Assembly (NCBI GenBank): GCA_951406725.2
Contig: OX597823.1
Span: forward strand, 75,330,001 to 75,394,000
From: Octopus vulgaris
Taxonomy: Eukaryota
DNA length: 64,000 nt
Direction: 5' to 3'
Position numbers and translations under genes: made by a program. Within the stretch, counting starts at the first letter, position 1. Each line of letters begins with the position of its first letter. Below, piece after piece: positions 1-13,925 of the stretch. Under the pieces are notes generated by a model. That model was not told the DNA's origin, made no database searches, and was given only the letters and a program-made list of their open reading frames with translations.

Positions 1-1606
1 TTGTACTATCATTCCTATCTACATATTGGCAGGTTTATTAAAAAATCTAGGATATGTGGATGGATTGAGAATTTATAGATATATAAATCATTAAAGATTT
101 ATATATCTATAAACGCAAACCAAACGGTATTGGTTTGCGTTTAGAAAGTGTCGCAAAAATGAACATCGGATTTAGAAAGACTAGCTGCTATATTTGTGGT
201 TGTGAACGAGATGTAAAGGCTACTTTTCCCTCCAGGTTAAACCAGGAAAGGCAACAGAAAGTCAGGCAAAAATGCAACAATAGCAATAGTTAATTCACCA
301 GGAAACGAATTCGCATCAAATTAATGGGATCGTAAATGAGAGAATGCTGAAGATGCCTTGCATATTTGGAGGAAATGCGTATAAAAGAATCAAGTAAATA
401 TTCTTCCTTGGCATTAAGGAAAAATATGTAAAGGGGATGCCAAACGGGAAAACTTGACATTTGGTTCCGGGGAAGAACTCGTCCACTTTAAAATGGAGTC
501 CATCTTCTGCAAGAGGAAATGTTACAAAAAAACACAATATTACAAAAACAACAGCGTTTTGTCATTTTAACTAGCATCTAATATGATATCTATATAATCT
601 ACTCTAGTATTTCATATACGAAGAATTTATAGGTTTGAGAAAGGAGCACTTATGTAACAGCACGAAAGAGACTGAATATCTATAAATTATAAGGAGATAT
701 TACGTTAATGTATATAATCATACTTATTGTAAACTGCATGAAAACTTCCCTGGCTGCTGTAAAGCAAATTTTCTTCGTCAAAGACTCTGGAATCTCTTGC
801 TATGAATAACGTAAGAAGTAAATGATATCGCATGCTTATATGATTATTTGCTCTATAAGTGTTTTAATTGTTTTCACTATAATTTAATATAATCCTTCAC
901 ATAAGTCCGTAACTGGAAAATATGTCTGAACCATACACATTTTTGAGCTTCTCTGTAGATAACACATTTTTCGTAATAGTCTTCTACGAGCTCGCTATCT
1001 CAGAAGTGAAAAACGAAATTTACTGCTATTAGTTCATCTGTTGAGTAATTATATCATTATTCACGATTACTATCCATAATACAACTTAGCTTCAAATAGA
1101 ATTTGACAAGGATTTCTATATTGTTTCAGATTTTCTGTCATTTTTCTTTTAAGTCGTCGCTTGTATGCAGATATGACTTAATATTTGAAACACACACATT
1201 TATATTATTTCATGATAACTATGTACGTCCCTCACATGGAGAGAAATTTTTACGCCATATACACACTCATTCATATAGATAGTAAAGGCCTGACATCTAA
1301 ATGTAAACACAGGAATTAAGATGAATATCATTAGAGAAATAAGCTGAGAATTTCGATTATCACAAATCGATGGAAACATGTTCAAAAATTTGGCACTTTA
1401 AAATAGGGTTTACATGCCTAAAAGGCGTGTCCTATGTCCCAAGCAAATGCGTGGCTTATCACCCATGATTATATTTTACACTTCTAAATGTTCTCGACCT
1501 TCAATACACCAAATTTGAATTATCACATTTAATTTCTTTTTTGTATCGAGTAATATAAGAAAATCATTAGTACTTTTATGTGTATTCGTTTATCAAATTT
1601 ATACAT

Positions 1607-2472
<866 letters not shown>

Positions 2473-2789
2473 TTGTTACCTCGTTACTACTTTCCACATG
2501 GCCTTAGAGTTAAATCTGCAGACTACATTTTGGGTCCTGAAAACAATTGTTAAGATCTGGATAGACAGCGTATGCAATGCAAGGACATATGTGCTGCAGT
2601 AACACTATGCACTATCACACATGGCTCTAGTAACACAGGAATGGAAGGCAGATATCAACTGCCAAAAAGCACCGGATAACTGAAAAGCAGACGAAACTAG
2701 TCAGCCCGTAGGTGAAAGGTAATTACTGATACCGATATTTCGCTGTTATTTCAGCTCATTCGCAACGTATGAGCGAATCACTGCGAAGC

Positions 2790-3110
2790 GAGTTAGAATC
2801 TCTGGTCTGAGGTACTTTTCTTCCTAACAACATGCTTCTGGATTCAGTTCCACTGCATGTAATCTAGAGCAAGTGTCTTCAGTTATAGCTTCGAGCTGAC
2901 CAAAGCCTTGAGTAGGGATTTCATAGATGGATTCCCACTAGCGCCGGATAACCGCTGTAGGTGTGTTTACGTTCCCTGTAAGTTACTAAGTTCCCATAAA
3001 GAGACCGATACAATAAGCACCAGACTTAAGAAGGAATTACTGGTGTCGATTCTTCTAGACAGTACTTCATCATGGCTGCAGTCTGATGACAGAAATAAGT
3101 AAAGGATAAA
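2790..3110 (+). mobile_element. Diverged tRNA-derived SINE (family B)
   Basis: B-box-like GGATTCAGTTCC, then GCAAGTGTCTTC...GACCAAAGCCTTG and tail CATGGCTGCAGTC...GAAATAAGTAAAGGATAAA; homologous to reverse complement of 20884-21290 and 45575-45975. Confidence 0.75.
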
Positions 3111-3887
3111 ACTTGTGTATATGTGTTTGTTCAATGTATACAAATAACATGGAATAAATAAATAAATAGTTACTAGAGTAGAAAAAATCTGCATAAGTTC
3201 CAAAGACATTGCAGCTTATAAAGGTAGCAATTCCAAGTTAAGTGAAATGTTTTTGTATGACATAGATAAATTAAGAAGTAGAGTCAAACGCAAGTGTTAC
3301 ACAACTCTGAATACTTCCGATATATATTTCGAAGAAAAACATTCATATTATTCAGGAGGGTATAAAATGATGTAAAGCAATGTAATCATATCGTCAGGGA
3401 AAAAGAGAGAAACAAAACACATTCATAAGCCATTTTAACCGAATATGATTACCGCATATATGATGAAAGGGAACGCAGGCGTTTTTTTTTTCTTATTAAA
3501 CTGCTAATAGATTTAACGTCACAGGTAATTTAAAGAAAGAGAAAGAAAGAAAATAACAGAAAATTAAGATAGGAGAAATATAGTGTGAAAGATGAAGGGG
3601 GAAAAAGCGAGATACCTGAATGGGAAAAAAGCTTAAAAGCATGGAAATAGATATATGTAGTGGAAATGAAACGTAAGAAGACATTTATTGGTCGAATTTA
3701 TAGATCGGTAGAAATTACTTAGAGGAACTAGAGGCATGTTTTTGACAATGCTTACGATATACACGTTATGTAAACGTGTTTTCAAGAATATTCTCCGAGA
3801 ATATGATAAGAAATTGTTCTTCGGTACAGAGAGGAGAAAAAGATTTACCTTTATCATATGAAAGTGATTCAAATTATATTCAAACAG

Positions 3888-5014
3888 TATTGGGTGATCC
3901 TATGAAATAATGCGGTTTTTACAAGTGCATGAACTAAAACTCGGAGTGGGACGGGATAAATTCTCTGCATCAACTCGCTGTAAAATTGGTTAGTAATTGT
4001 ACCTTTTACTTATTCTTAGTGTAAGTTTGGAAGAGTGCAGTTCGATTTTAATAGCTATTTTTTTTAAAGCTATAATGAAAGTGACAAAGGAGCATATTCG
4101 GCATATTTTGCTTTATGAGTTCCATAAAGGCAACAATGCAACAGAAAATGCAAAGAATATTAATGCAGTATATGGGGATCGGACAATAAGCGTACGCCAA
4201 TGTCAACGGCAGTTCCAGAAATTCCAAGCCAGAGACGACAACCTAGAAGATGAACTTCGTCCCGAAAATTTTGTAAAGCGCAACGAGTACGTCCTGCAAA
4301 CCCTGGTGGAACAAAATCCCATCATAAATGTTGAGGAACTAGGAGAGACGCGTTGATTTGGACATTCATCGACATCTGCGTGCCATTGAAAAAGTCGACA
4401 AATTGTGTCAATGTGTTCCTCACAAACTTACCAAGTCTAACCATGAGAAGACAGTGAATGTGTGCTCTTATTTGGTGTCATGTTTCACGAATGAACCATT
4501 TTTGGACCGATAGTGACTGATGACGAGCAATGGGTTTTCTATAAATATGTCAAGCGAAGAAGGCAGAGGATAGGGGAAGGAGTAACCTAGGCGGAAGAAG
4601 GTTTTCACCCACGTAAGTTGTTGGTATCTGCTTGGTGGCATATGAAAGGTTTAGACAGCTTTCAATAAATGAGATCTACTGCGAGCAGCTTCAACGGCTT
4701 AGGACAGCTTATATAGCATGGATGACATTCCAAGCGTTAGAGCAATGTGAATGGGAAACGATTCCCCACCCACCATATTCGCCGGAAAAAATATAAGTTT
4801 TGTAAACGGGGTCAGGAGAATAATGGAGGAGTATTTTTCGTAACGGTCAAAGGAATTTTAGAAGAAGTGTCTGGAAAGTCTACCAGATAGATGGAGAAGC
4901 ATTGTAGAAAATAAGATGAGTATATTTTATATTAAAAATGAACTCTGTTAATCCTAATTTTGAAAAATAAAAGATGTTTAAAAACTGCATTATTTTTGGG
5001 ATGTCCATGTATAA

Positions 5015-5016
<2 letters not shown>
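3888..5016 (+). mobile_element. Mariner (Tc1/mariner) DNA transposon, decayed, with terminal inverted repeats
   Basis: Left end TATTGGGTGATCCTATGAAATAATGCGGTTTTT (3888) matches right end AAAAACTGCATTATTTTTGGGATGTCCATGTATAATA (4980-5016) in inverted orientation; internal transposase remnants. Confidence 0.9.
4075..4935 (+). pseudogene. Mariner transposase pseudogene (stops, frameshifts, deletions)
   Basis: MKVTKEHIRHILLYEFHKG N-terminus, LEDELR, CVPHKL (WVPHEL motif), IVTDDEQWV (TGDEKW motif), PHPPYSP motif. Confidence 0.9.
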
Positions 5017-5067
<51 letters not shown>

Positions 5068-5374
5068 GGGTTGAGGAGGAATAATTCATGTGCGTATTTT
5101 CTAAATTTGAAAATGTACGCAGAAATAAAACGCATTGTCAAAATGTTTTATATTAGTTAAAAAACGAAAGATTTTTGCTCTACAGGGCAGTGCGTTTTTA
5201 TTGATTTTAGTGAATTTTCAGATCATTAAAATGGCATGTCAAGGGGACAAATCTTAGCATCTTCGACACGATTTGCTCTTTGCATTCATCGATATCACGT
5301 TGGAAAGAGCAGCCAAAACCTCACTCTAAAACCATATTAAATGTTCTTACAGCAACAGAAGGGAAGACAACAGA

Positions 5375-5406
<32 letters not shown>

Positions 5407-5499
5407 TTAGAGACAGAACCACTATTATGCAAATCAAACAAAGAAATACTTAATCCGATACATAAAAAAATTTATATAAATTAAGTAAAATTAAGTTAT

Positions 5500-5545
5500 C
5501 CACTACAATTGTTTCTTGTCACTTCTAAGGACATTCATCATGTGG
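5500..5545 (-). ncRNA. Inverted hammerhead copy with core mutation (ATGATGA)
   Basis: Reverse complement of 5612-5657 with the first core C changed to A. Confidence 0.6.
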
Positions 5546-5611
5546 TTTACAGACCTTCTATTCAATTTTAAATTGACTTCATAATTTAAAATTGAATAGA
5601 AGGTCTGAAAA

Positions 5612-5657
5612 CCACCTGATGAATGTCCTTAGAAGTGACAAGAAACAATTGTAGTGG
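5612..5657 (+). ncRNA. Minimal type I hammerhead ribozyme
   Basis: CCAC-CTGATGA-a-TGTC[cttagaagt]GACA-a-GAAAC-AATT-GTA-GTGG: stem I CCAC/GTGG, intact core, palindromic stem III ACAATTGT, GUA cleavage triplet. Confidence 0.8.
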
Positions 5658-5856
5658 ATAACTTAATTTTATTTAATTTATATAAAAATTTTTATGTATT
5701 GGATTAAATCTTTCTTTGTTTGATTTGCATAATAGTGGTTTTGTCTCTAATTAATATTATATAATATTTTATTATAAAATTGGATTCAATCCTAAATCTG
5801 ATTTTTCCCTATAAATTTGGATTTATTCCCTAATATTTATTATTATGTATATATAT

Positions 5857-5930
<74 letters not shown>

Positions 5931-6255
5931 GTAAGGAGTGTAGGTATCGGAAATCAAGTGGTTAGGGCTCATGAAGCTGCTTTTGAGATTCATGCTCTTA
6001 AGACACATATAGAGAGGGAGCAATGCTTCAAAACACCGCTCGCTGTTAGTTTTCGTGCTGCAAAAATAGGAATTTTGTATTTAAAGTCGGATCACATACC
6101 GGTGGATCAACTAAGTTCCATGAAGCAAAATTGAATCAAATTTTTCGCAAAAATCCGTGTCAAACGGACAAAGAAATGGCGGAAAAATCGATTTGTTATG
6201 AAACAACTCTGGTGAACCACCTTCAATCAATGGCCAAGGTTCAGAAACTTGGGGC

Positions 6256-6903
6256 TTGGGAGCCACACACACTGAGCAAAAACGACAAAAGTTAACACTC
6301 CACAATCACCACGAGCTTGCCTACTCGCCATCGCCCAACACATGGTCACAAACAACGTTTGTTTTTTACCGCGATGAAAAATGGCGCTTTTACGTCAATA
6401 TGAAGCTACGAAAAGAATGGCTCGGCCCGACAAACGAGCGACTCAGCGAGCAAAAAGACCTTCATCGTCAAATGACCATGTTGTGTGTATGGTTTGGACT
6501 GTTTAAACGCAACCAAACACTCACTGCAGAGCTTTACGTTCATCAACTGCACCGTTACAACAAAGCAGTTCAACGAAAAATACCGAATAGGCGACGTTCG
6601 TCTGGAAGGCCAATACGAACTTACATCGCCAATATGACCAAAGCCGCAATTCAAGAACACGAATGGGAAGTGTTGCCTCATCCCCCATACTCTCCAGACT
6701 TCGCACTGGACGATTTTCATCTCTTTGGACCGCTTTCGAACGCTTTGCGCAGTGTATCGTTCAATAATGACGTAGAATTGAGAGCTTGGTGGGACAAATT
6801 CTTTGAGTCAAGACCGGGGGATTTCAATCGACGAGGCATCGAAAAATGTACTGAACGTTGGGAGGACGTCGTAAACAACAATGGAGAGTGTATCAATGAT
6901 TAA
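6256..6903 (+). pseudogene. Mariner transposase C-terminal remnant
   Basis: ORF track: RDEKWRFYVNMKLRKEWL, MLCVWF, WEVLPHPPYSPDFALDDFHLF, GIEKCTERWEDVVNNNGE; HDNARPH motif lost. Confidence 0.9.
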
Positions 6904-7810
6904 TTTTTTTGTATTTTAATTGTTTAAAATAAATTTGAAAAAAAAAACGTGCATGAATTATTCCCCAACCCAATACACGAGACAGAGAGAAAAAAAGGAG
7001 AGAAAGTGGGGGAAGAGAAAAACGTACACTTAAGTGTATATCTGCTTCAGATAAACAAATTCTAAATCCTATCTTGTCATAAATTCTCGTATTTCGATGA
7101 GAATTGCAAATATGCATGAACTCATATGTACGTTGTGAACCTCACCACATAAAATGTGCACATCTGTCAGGAAAGTATTATGTCATATTGAATACATGAA
7201 CTGAATTCGTTGAATGATTCTGATTAATTACCCATACTTATTTTGTTCTGTTATGTTATCAGTGCTTAGTCTTTTTCAATCATTTTGTATTGCATCAACG
7301 TAAGCATTGTTCCGGTATATTTAGTTACAAATTGATATATATCGCTATTCAAAATACTGAATTTGCATTAATAAGAATTTACAGTGTATCTGATACACCT
7401 ATATAAATGCATTTTGTTGACTTCTTTGCATCTTCATTGTAGAATTTCTAATGTATTGAAAGCACTATTTGTTTTTAACTTCTTTCCAAACTTTCTACTT
7501 CTTCCTATTGTTACAATCGTCTCAAATATTTTACAGGATTATTTTATTAAACCGAGAAACATATAAAAGATCTTATCACTTGGATATACATTGCCACAGA
7601 TATACAGACTCACACACAAACACATACAGCAAGCTGTAATATTCTTCTCAAAGCAATAGTAAGATTTAGCTAAAGGGAATGCTTTTTCTTAAATAGAATA
7701 CTGACTAATAGAAAGCTTGCTGATACTGTCGCTTGGGCCAATGTGACCATATTTATTTATATATATGTGCGTCTATGTGTGTGCGTGTGTGTGTATGTAT
7801 GTGTACACAA

Positions 7811-7871
<61 letters not shown>

Positions 7872-7987
7872 TGTATAAGATCGTTATTTAAATACCGATC
7901 TTATCAGGTAGCCAGCATGGGAATAAAAACCTTCAAAGTTAATAATTATCATGAAAATTATAATTTAGGGTCTCTAAGAGATACCAC

Positions 7988-8064
7988 CACGCTGGAAATA
8001 GCAGCCAAAACCTCACTCTAAAAACACATTAAATGTTCTTACACCAACAGAAGGGAAGACAATA

Positions 8065-8105
<41 letters not shown>

Positions 8106-8121
8106 CATACATACACACACA

Positions 8122-8196
<75 letters not shown>

Positions 8197-8213
8197 AGTG
8201 TAGGTATCGGAAA
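7988..8213 (+). repeat. Likely source of the local duplication inserted into mariner 2
   Basis: CACGCTGGAAATAGCAGCCAAAACCTCACTCT...AGAATA-(TA)n(CATA)n(CA)n(TA)n-TAAGGAGTGTAGGTATCGGAAA matches 5296-5375 plus 5847-5953. Confidence 0.85.
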
Positions 8214-10622
8214 ATGGAGTTCATAAGATTATGATTCCTCACATCGATTATTCCGACTTATCTGGCATCGATCACTTACAGGTATCTAGTTTTAAAGCAA
8301 GATATATGACGAGACATCTACACCGGACGATGGAGCACACCCTGTTGTACAGTATCCCACCCGCAAGGGACAAATGGAAGATGGGTTGACACGGTCGATG
8401 TGACGAATAACGATTCTCGTGAATTCCTTGTTTTGTATTCCTCATTGATTAGACACTCAATGGACAATGTGGCATTCCGGTAGACAATTATATCAAAACC
8501 TTTGATAATATATGGTAGCTTAGACAGTCAAACTTGCTTTAATCGGTCTACTACTAACTGTATGCCGAAAATCCAAGTAATTAATTACATATGTGTGTGT
8601 ATGTGCGTGTGTGTTTGTGTATGCATTTATAATATGTATGTATATCCTCCTCATCTTCATTGCGTAGAAATTTTTATACAGTGAGCAAGTTATTTATTCT
8701 TAGATATGATATATCATGAAACAAAAATAACGATATAATTACCGCATGCGAAAAATAAAACGAACTTGTTTAGTCTGTTCAACTTGGCGCATTCTCAGTG
8801 AAGTTATTCTTTGTATTTTATTCTATGTACAGAAACATCAATACAGATAAGATCAAAAGATCATTTTGCTATAAAACAACCCATTGAGGAAAGTATATAT
8901 TCCTTGCAGTGAAAGGGTACATGATAGTAAATAGACATCAAACCTATTACATTAATACCGCATTGTAAAATCATTGGCAAGGAAATTATAAAATTTAATT
9001 AGGAAAAATCTTAACCAAACAACCTGGTGTCAGCAAAGCGTTTCAAAATTAGAAAGTATAATCTAAAACAATGTAAATAAAATATGGAAAAAGAATTCAC
9101 AAGGTGCATGTGCAAAGCAATGGCATGAATTAATTTGATCATTGAGAATGAGTGTAGGTCAAGCCAGTAAATTCTAGGTGAGTAAATTGGATTTCAGTAC
9201 TATTTTTCATATATGCAAATCGGAAAATAAAGTATAGCATTTAGTTGTATATAGCATTTGCGCTATTACGCGTTAACTATCACCCACCCGTTAATCTTTT
9301 ATAAGGCAGGAACAAATATTCTGTCGTGAAAATCATGGTTTAATTTTCTCGTAATTGTCATGAAGTAAGTTCAACGAACTGTTACTACGAAATAGTTTCT
9401 TCGTTTCACTAAGACTAATATAATTGCTAATCTTCTTGCTATTGGAATATTCAGTGTTCATGTTGCAAGGAATGAACATAGTTAATGATCCCGTTATTCC
9501 AGATTTAGTTGAAATATATGTTATATGATGTGGAATTAACACATTTTGAGTTCAGGAATCACAGTATTTCTTAAAGTATTTGCATACATTCACATGATTA
9601 TTTGGGGGAATTTACTGCATTAATTATTCCTTTAGACTGTAAACAATAGCGTAAATAAAAGCGTTTAAATAGCGTTTAAACGTAAGATGAAAAGGTCGAA
9701 GTCTACCTTCGAAGTTTAAAATTTTTTTAACCTGTTATTTGACGCTATCATTTATACCGTATCTCTACAAGTTTAAAAACTTTGCTGACGTCAGTAATAT
9801 ATTCTCATGCTTTGGTATAGTTTGTGTGTACACGTGTATATATCATCCTTTCAGTATAGTTAAATTTATGTGTGTGTGTGTGTGTGTGTAGATCTAGAAA
9901 GATAGATAAATAGACAGACAAATAGATAGAAAGATAGATAGACATATAGTTAGATAGATAGATAGATAGATAGATTCGTATTTGTGCCTTTATTTTGTTT
10001 ACGATATTCGTTATATGAAACCATGTGTTGAAAGATATGCCGTATCTTGAATGTATCGTTTTACCAACAGAATCTCACCCACAGTCTCTGCTTCAATTCA
10101 TCTTATGTTCTTATCGTACAACTAAATATAGAAATAAATATAAATATTGTAACATGAAATTCTAAGATAAACCGCACCAGTAATATAGTATACTGAATGC
10201 CGCGTAAGGAGTGCTAAGACAAAAATATAACTACATCGTTATTGGAAAAAAAACAACATATTTGCACGTTCTGTTGCGGGAGATCGTGGAATATCATAAA
10301 CAAATTTGTAAGTCGGGTAAGTCAAAAGTAAAATTCCAACATGTAAATGATAAAAATGACATCAGTGTTAACACTTTTGAATTAGAAATATTCAAATTAA
10401 TTTATGCAGATGCAACACGATGTCATACGCACACATATAAAGTGATATGAACAAATTTGTTGCCGTCTGAATTGTAACGATACAATAATAAAACACAGTA
10501 GACTGTATTTATTGGTAACTGAGCAGATTTTCAGCAATATGTGTACATCATAGCTGCAGTTGTCATAGCGACAGTGGTCTGTGGATATATTAGCTAATAC
10601 TATATGCACTCATATATATGCA

Positions 10623-10665
<43 letters not shown>

Positions 10666-10824
10666 TACGAAAGAGGAAGAGTTTAATCATTCACCTTAAA
10701 TCTGACTCTACCTTTTCAAGAGATCGCAAGATAATAACTGACCATTGGCGAGAAATGAGGCATAGCAATTACTTTGATAAGATTCTATAATTATATACAT
10801 GCTTACAAATATAACTGAAAGTAA

Positions 10825-10869
<45 letters not shown>

Positions 10870-11292
10870 AGTGGGTGGGCATGTGTGTATAACGAGAAAG
10901 GGAGAGAGATATAAATAGATATGCAAAAACATATATATATTCCCGTACATGTGTGTGCAATAATAACAAGGTATTAATACATATTTACGAAGTAGTCATT
11001 ATATTAATCATTTTGGTTCTCGTTCCAATATGTGAAAGCATGATTTTCTATGCAATGGCGGCAGAAAGAGGTCAAAGATTCAAGGCAGGTTTCATTTCGC
11101 GAAAGATGACTTATCTGCAGATATAAGTAAGGATATATTTCCATGCAGTGGAAATGAAATATTGCAATATAATTGAATGTTGACCAATTTGTAAGAAATT
11201 TTGTAATGATTTTACTGCAGAAAATGTTAGTTAGATGAGAACATTTCAACTCACTATTCCTAGATACTGTCCTCAGTTACAATTTACTTTTA

Positions 11293-11325
<33 letters not shown>

Positions 11326-11529
11326 CTCCCTTATACTCCCTAATGCTTCTCAGCACAGCTTGATTTTTCGATTTCTCCTTAGCACCAATCGAACCGACTT
11401 CCATTGTTATCATATCGTTCCAGAACGTAGTTCCCACATCTTCCTTGGTGTTCCATCCTGTCTTTTTCCACCTTCTGACGTCCGGCGGGTAACTTGTGAA
11501 TTATCAGTTCCAGTTATTTTAAGCACAAC

Positions 11530-11760
11530 GAGGTCGGCATGCTGGCAGAATCGATAATGCGCCTGACAAATTACTTAGTAGCATTTCGTTCGTCTTTACG
11601 TTCTGAATTCAAAATTCACCGAGGTCAACTTTCACTTTCTTACCTTCGGCTTATATTCAATAATTACCAGTCCAGCCATTGTGGTAGTGCCAGAGTTGCG
11701 ATGTAATCAACTTATCCCCACGTGGTAGATATAAAACTAAATTCCAGTTGAGCACTGGGA
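11530..11760 (+). mobile_element. Diverged tRNA-derived SINE (family A, Meta-domain-like)
   Basis: GCTGGCAGAATCG...GTTCTGAATTCAAAATTCACCGAGGTCAACTTTC, homologous to 43294-43527. Confidence 0.7.
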
Positions 11761-12239
11761 CAGATGAAATAGGTTTCAGTTTATCATTATGATCGACATA
11801 ATGGACACAACTCCTGCCACGTAATTGTTGCCCGTCTTCCCAAGTGTGAACACAATATTTTATAGCCAATGAAAATCGATATGAAATTTAACATCAATTC
11901 CTCCATTGCCCTCATATATTCCTTACAGATCACAATTATTATCATCTTTTATTTTATATTGGAGATATCCTCGTAGTAAAGATTGTAGTAACGATTAGTT
12001 GTATTGTATCATGGTGTTACTATGTCATTCAACATAAGAATTGTAGTGATGTTGAAATTAAGTTATAAAAACGAAAGTGATTCCAAAGATGAGATTTTTT
12101 GGTTTTGTTTTGATGTTTTATTGGGAATCACTGGAAGAAATCATTTCTATCCACTATTTGATGCAGGTAATTCATACTATGTGTGTATTGAAAACATCTA
12201 GAACATTTTAATTGTTTCCTTTTAGTTTTCTAAAGCCAA

Positions 12240-12460
12240 ACACAGGTTTCAAATATGTATATATATATTTTTTTTTGGTGCGGTGGATTGTTATTCGATT
12301 ACATCGACCCCGTTGCTCAACGGGTATTTGTTGCATCGACACTGCAGAAATGAAAGGTAAAATCGACATCGGCTGAAGTTGAATGCAGAACGTAAAGGTA
12401 GACGAAATGCAGCTTAGTATTTTACCTGATGTGCTAACAATGCTACCAGGTCACTGCCTT
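12240..12460 (-). mobile_element. Diverged family A SINE
   Basis: CGATTACATCGACCCC...ATGAAAGGTAAAATCGACATCGGC...CAGAACGTAAAGGTAGACGAAATGC is the reverse of the family A body. Confidence 0.7.
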
Positions 12461-12724
12461 TGTAATACATAATATAGCGTAGATAAAATTTGCCTTTCGC
12501 CCTTGCCCTGTTTATAACTAAACGTGATCTTGTGACGTCCACCTTGTCGTCTATACACCTGAAATTAAATAGATAATTTTCTGCTGATGTACATAAATCA
12601 ACACGCATTTATGGGGATTTAACTTTCAAAACGTAATTTTAAAAATAACATGCTCTTCTAAAATTTACTAGTATATATAAACATGAAATACATTAACAAT
12701 TGTCACCTTCTGCTATATTCAGAA

Positions 12725-12910
12725 GGCCTGAAATATTGTTGTAGGGGACTATTCGAGTATATATACCCTATTGTTCAAGTGGTACTTATTCAATCGTCAC
12801 TGACAGAACGGAAAACTACGTTGACATCGGTAGCACTGGAACGCAGAGCGTAAATTCTTAAGGATTGCAGCGAAGCGTTTTTGTGCGATGTCGTAACATT
12901 TCTGATGTCT
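12725..12910 (-). mobile_element. Highly diverged family A SINE
   Basis: AAGGCCTGAAAT...GGGGACTATTCGA...GGTACTTATT...CAGAGCGTAAA collinear with the family A reverse strand. Confidence 0.5.
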
Positions 12911-12930
12911 TGCAACATTTAATTCATTAA

Positions 12931-13925
12931 TAAAACCCTAGTATACCAGAGAAAATGTATGTCACTAATTACCAAGTGGGTCCAATGGACCCAGTATATT
13001 TCTTTTAATGAAAGTTTATTCAAGCTACTGCTATTTCTTAGCTACATTATATATCAGGTAAATAAAGAATAACTGTTTCTCACGAATTTTAATAAAAAAA
13101 TACGGCTTATAGAATATATTATAATTTTTTATTAAAAATTACAAAAATACAGAATTACAGCTCTTCATGGCAGTGAATGCAGATGACATTGGAATGTTCT
13201 TGGCAAACATAGATATTACAATTCTTACATGTAGCACGAGTTTTCCTGTCTTTTGTTAAGCCAGACAAAACACTTCTTCGTTTTTTCTTTGGCTGAGGTA
13301 TCTTAAATGAGGTTGAAGATCATCTTATTATTTTGGTTAGTTGAGAAATGTTAGTAGAAGTAGAAGATTGTTTGTGATGTTCTTGTTTAGCATTAACTCC
13401 AAGAATTTCCTTTCCTAACTGAATTCGACACTGCTTTCTTTTATCCGTGAAACTTTGCAAGTGAAGGTGTTTAGCAATAATGAAAGCATTCACTGCACTT
13501 ACATCACATCAGCCACGTTGTAGAATATAACCACAGGCCACCTTCAAGTCATTTTTGTGAACGTGAACGTCCTTACCATCTTATCTAAAGTGTCTACTCG
13601 TCCTCTTTGCTTTATAATGACTTCTGGTTTCATTTCAGCACTTCTTGAATAAAATGAAAGCTGAGAGTGCATTGTACGGATAAGTGTGATTGGACATATT
13701 TTCTTGAGACAACAAGATAGAATCATAGAAGCCTTTGAAATCTAAACTTGTACTGTTGAGTTCTCTTCTTTTCCATTTGCGAGAGGACTTGGAAGCTCCA
13801 CACCGTTCTTTCTAATTGTTCCAATGAAATTAGTGTTTTGGCTATGCATCTTTCGAACCGATCCTAGATTTTAAAATATTATCATAAGTTATACTGCGAC
13901 CAGTATTTTTTATTTCTTTCACCAA
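12931..13925 (-). mobile_element. piggyBac transposon 3' remnant (transposase pseudogene 13155-13925)
   Basis: Minus-strand translation gives TGRSITYDN, FIGTIRKNGVELP, KPEVII..GRVDTLDKMVRTF..RWPVVIFYN and a Cys-rich tail KDRKTRATCKNCNIYVCQEHSNVICIHC; terminus CCCTAG...TACCAAGTGGGTCC near 12936. Confidence 0.88.

Larger units (their letters stand above)
5393..5846 (+). mobile_element. Hammerhead-bearing inverted-repeat element (Penelope-like/retrozyme-like, family 1) in (TA)n
   Basis: ~180-bp arms 5393-5574 and 5583-5763 with 8-nt loop; unpaired tail 5764-5846 on the right arm only; flanked by (TA)n. Confidence 0.8.
5064..6975 (+). mobile_element. Second mariner element, interrupted by a ~660-bp composite insertion (about 5292-5953)
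   Basis: TIRs TAATGGGTTGAGGAGGAATAATTCATGTGCG (5064) and CGTGCATGAATTATTCCCCAACCCAATA (to 6975); transposase start MACQGDKS*HLRHDLLFAF at 5231 resumes as NQVVRAHEAAFEIHA after ~5953. Confidence 0.88.

Noticed and set aside
150-240. CYICG zinc-knuckle-like remnant (similar at ~31000-31070, minus strand)
   Set aside because: Possibly LINE ORF1 debris but too decayed to call
340-390. CTGAAGA...GAAAT...ATA hammerhead-like words
   Set aside because: No stem I pairing and weak stems II and III
1340-1390. CTGAGAA-stem-GAAACATGTT motif
   Set aside because: Core is not CUGANGA and stem I is absent
3078-3105. CTGATGACAGAAATAAGTA
   Set aside because: A mutated family B SINE tail (consensus CAAATGACTGAAACAAGTA); no stems
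11225-11285. Minus-strand CTGAGGA...GAAATG..CATC
   Set aside because: Stem I and stem II pairing poor; compatible with chance
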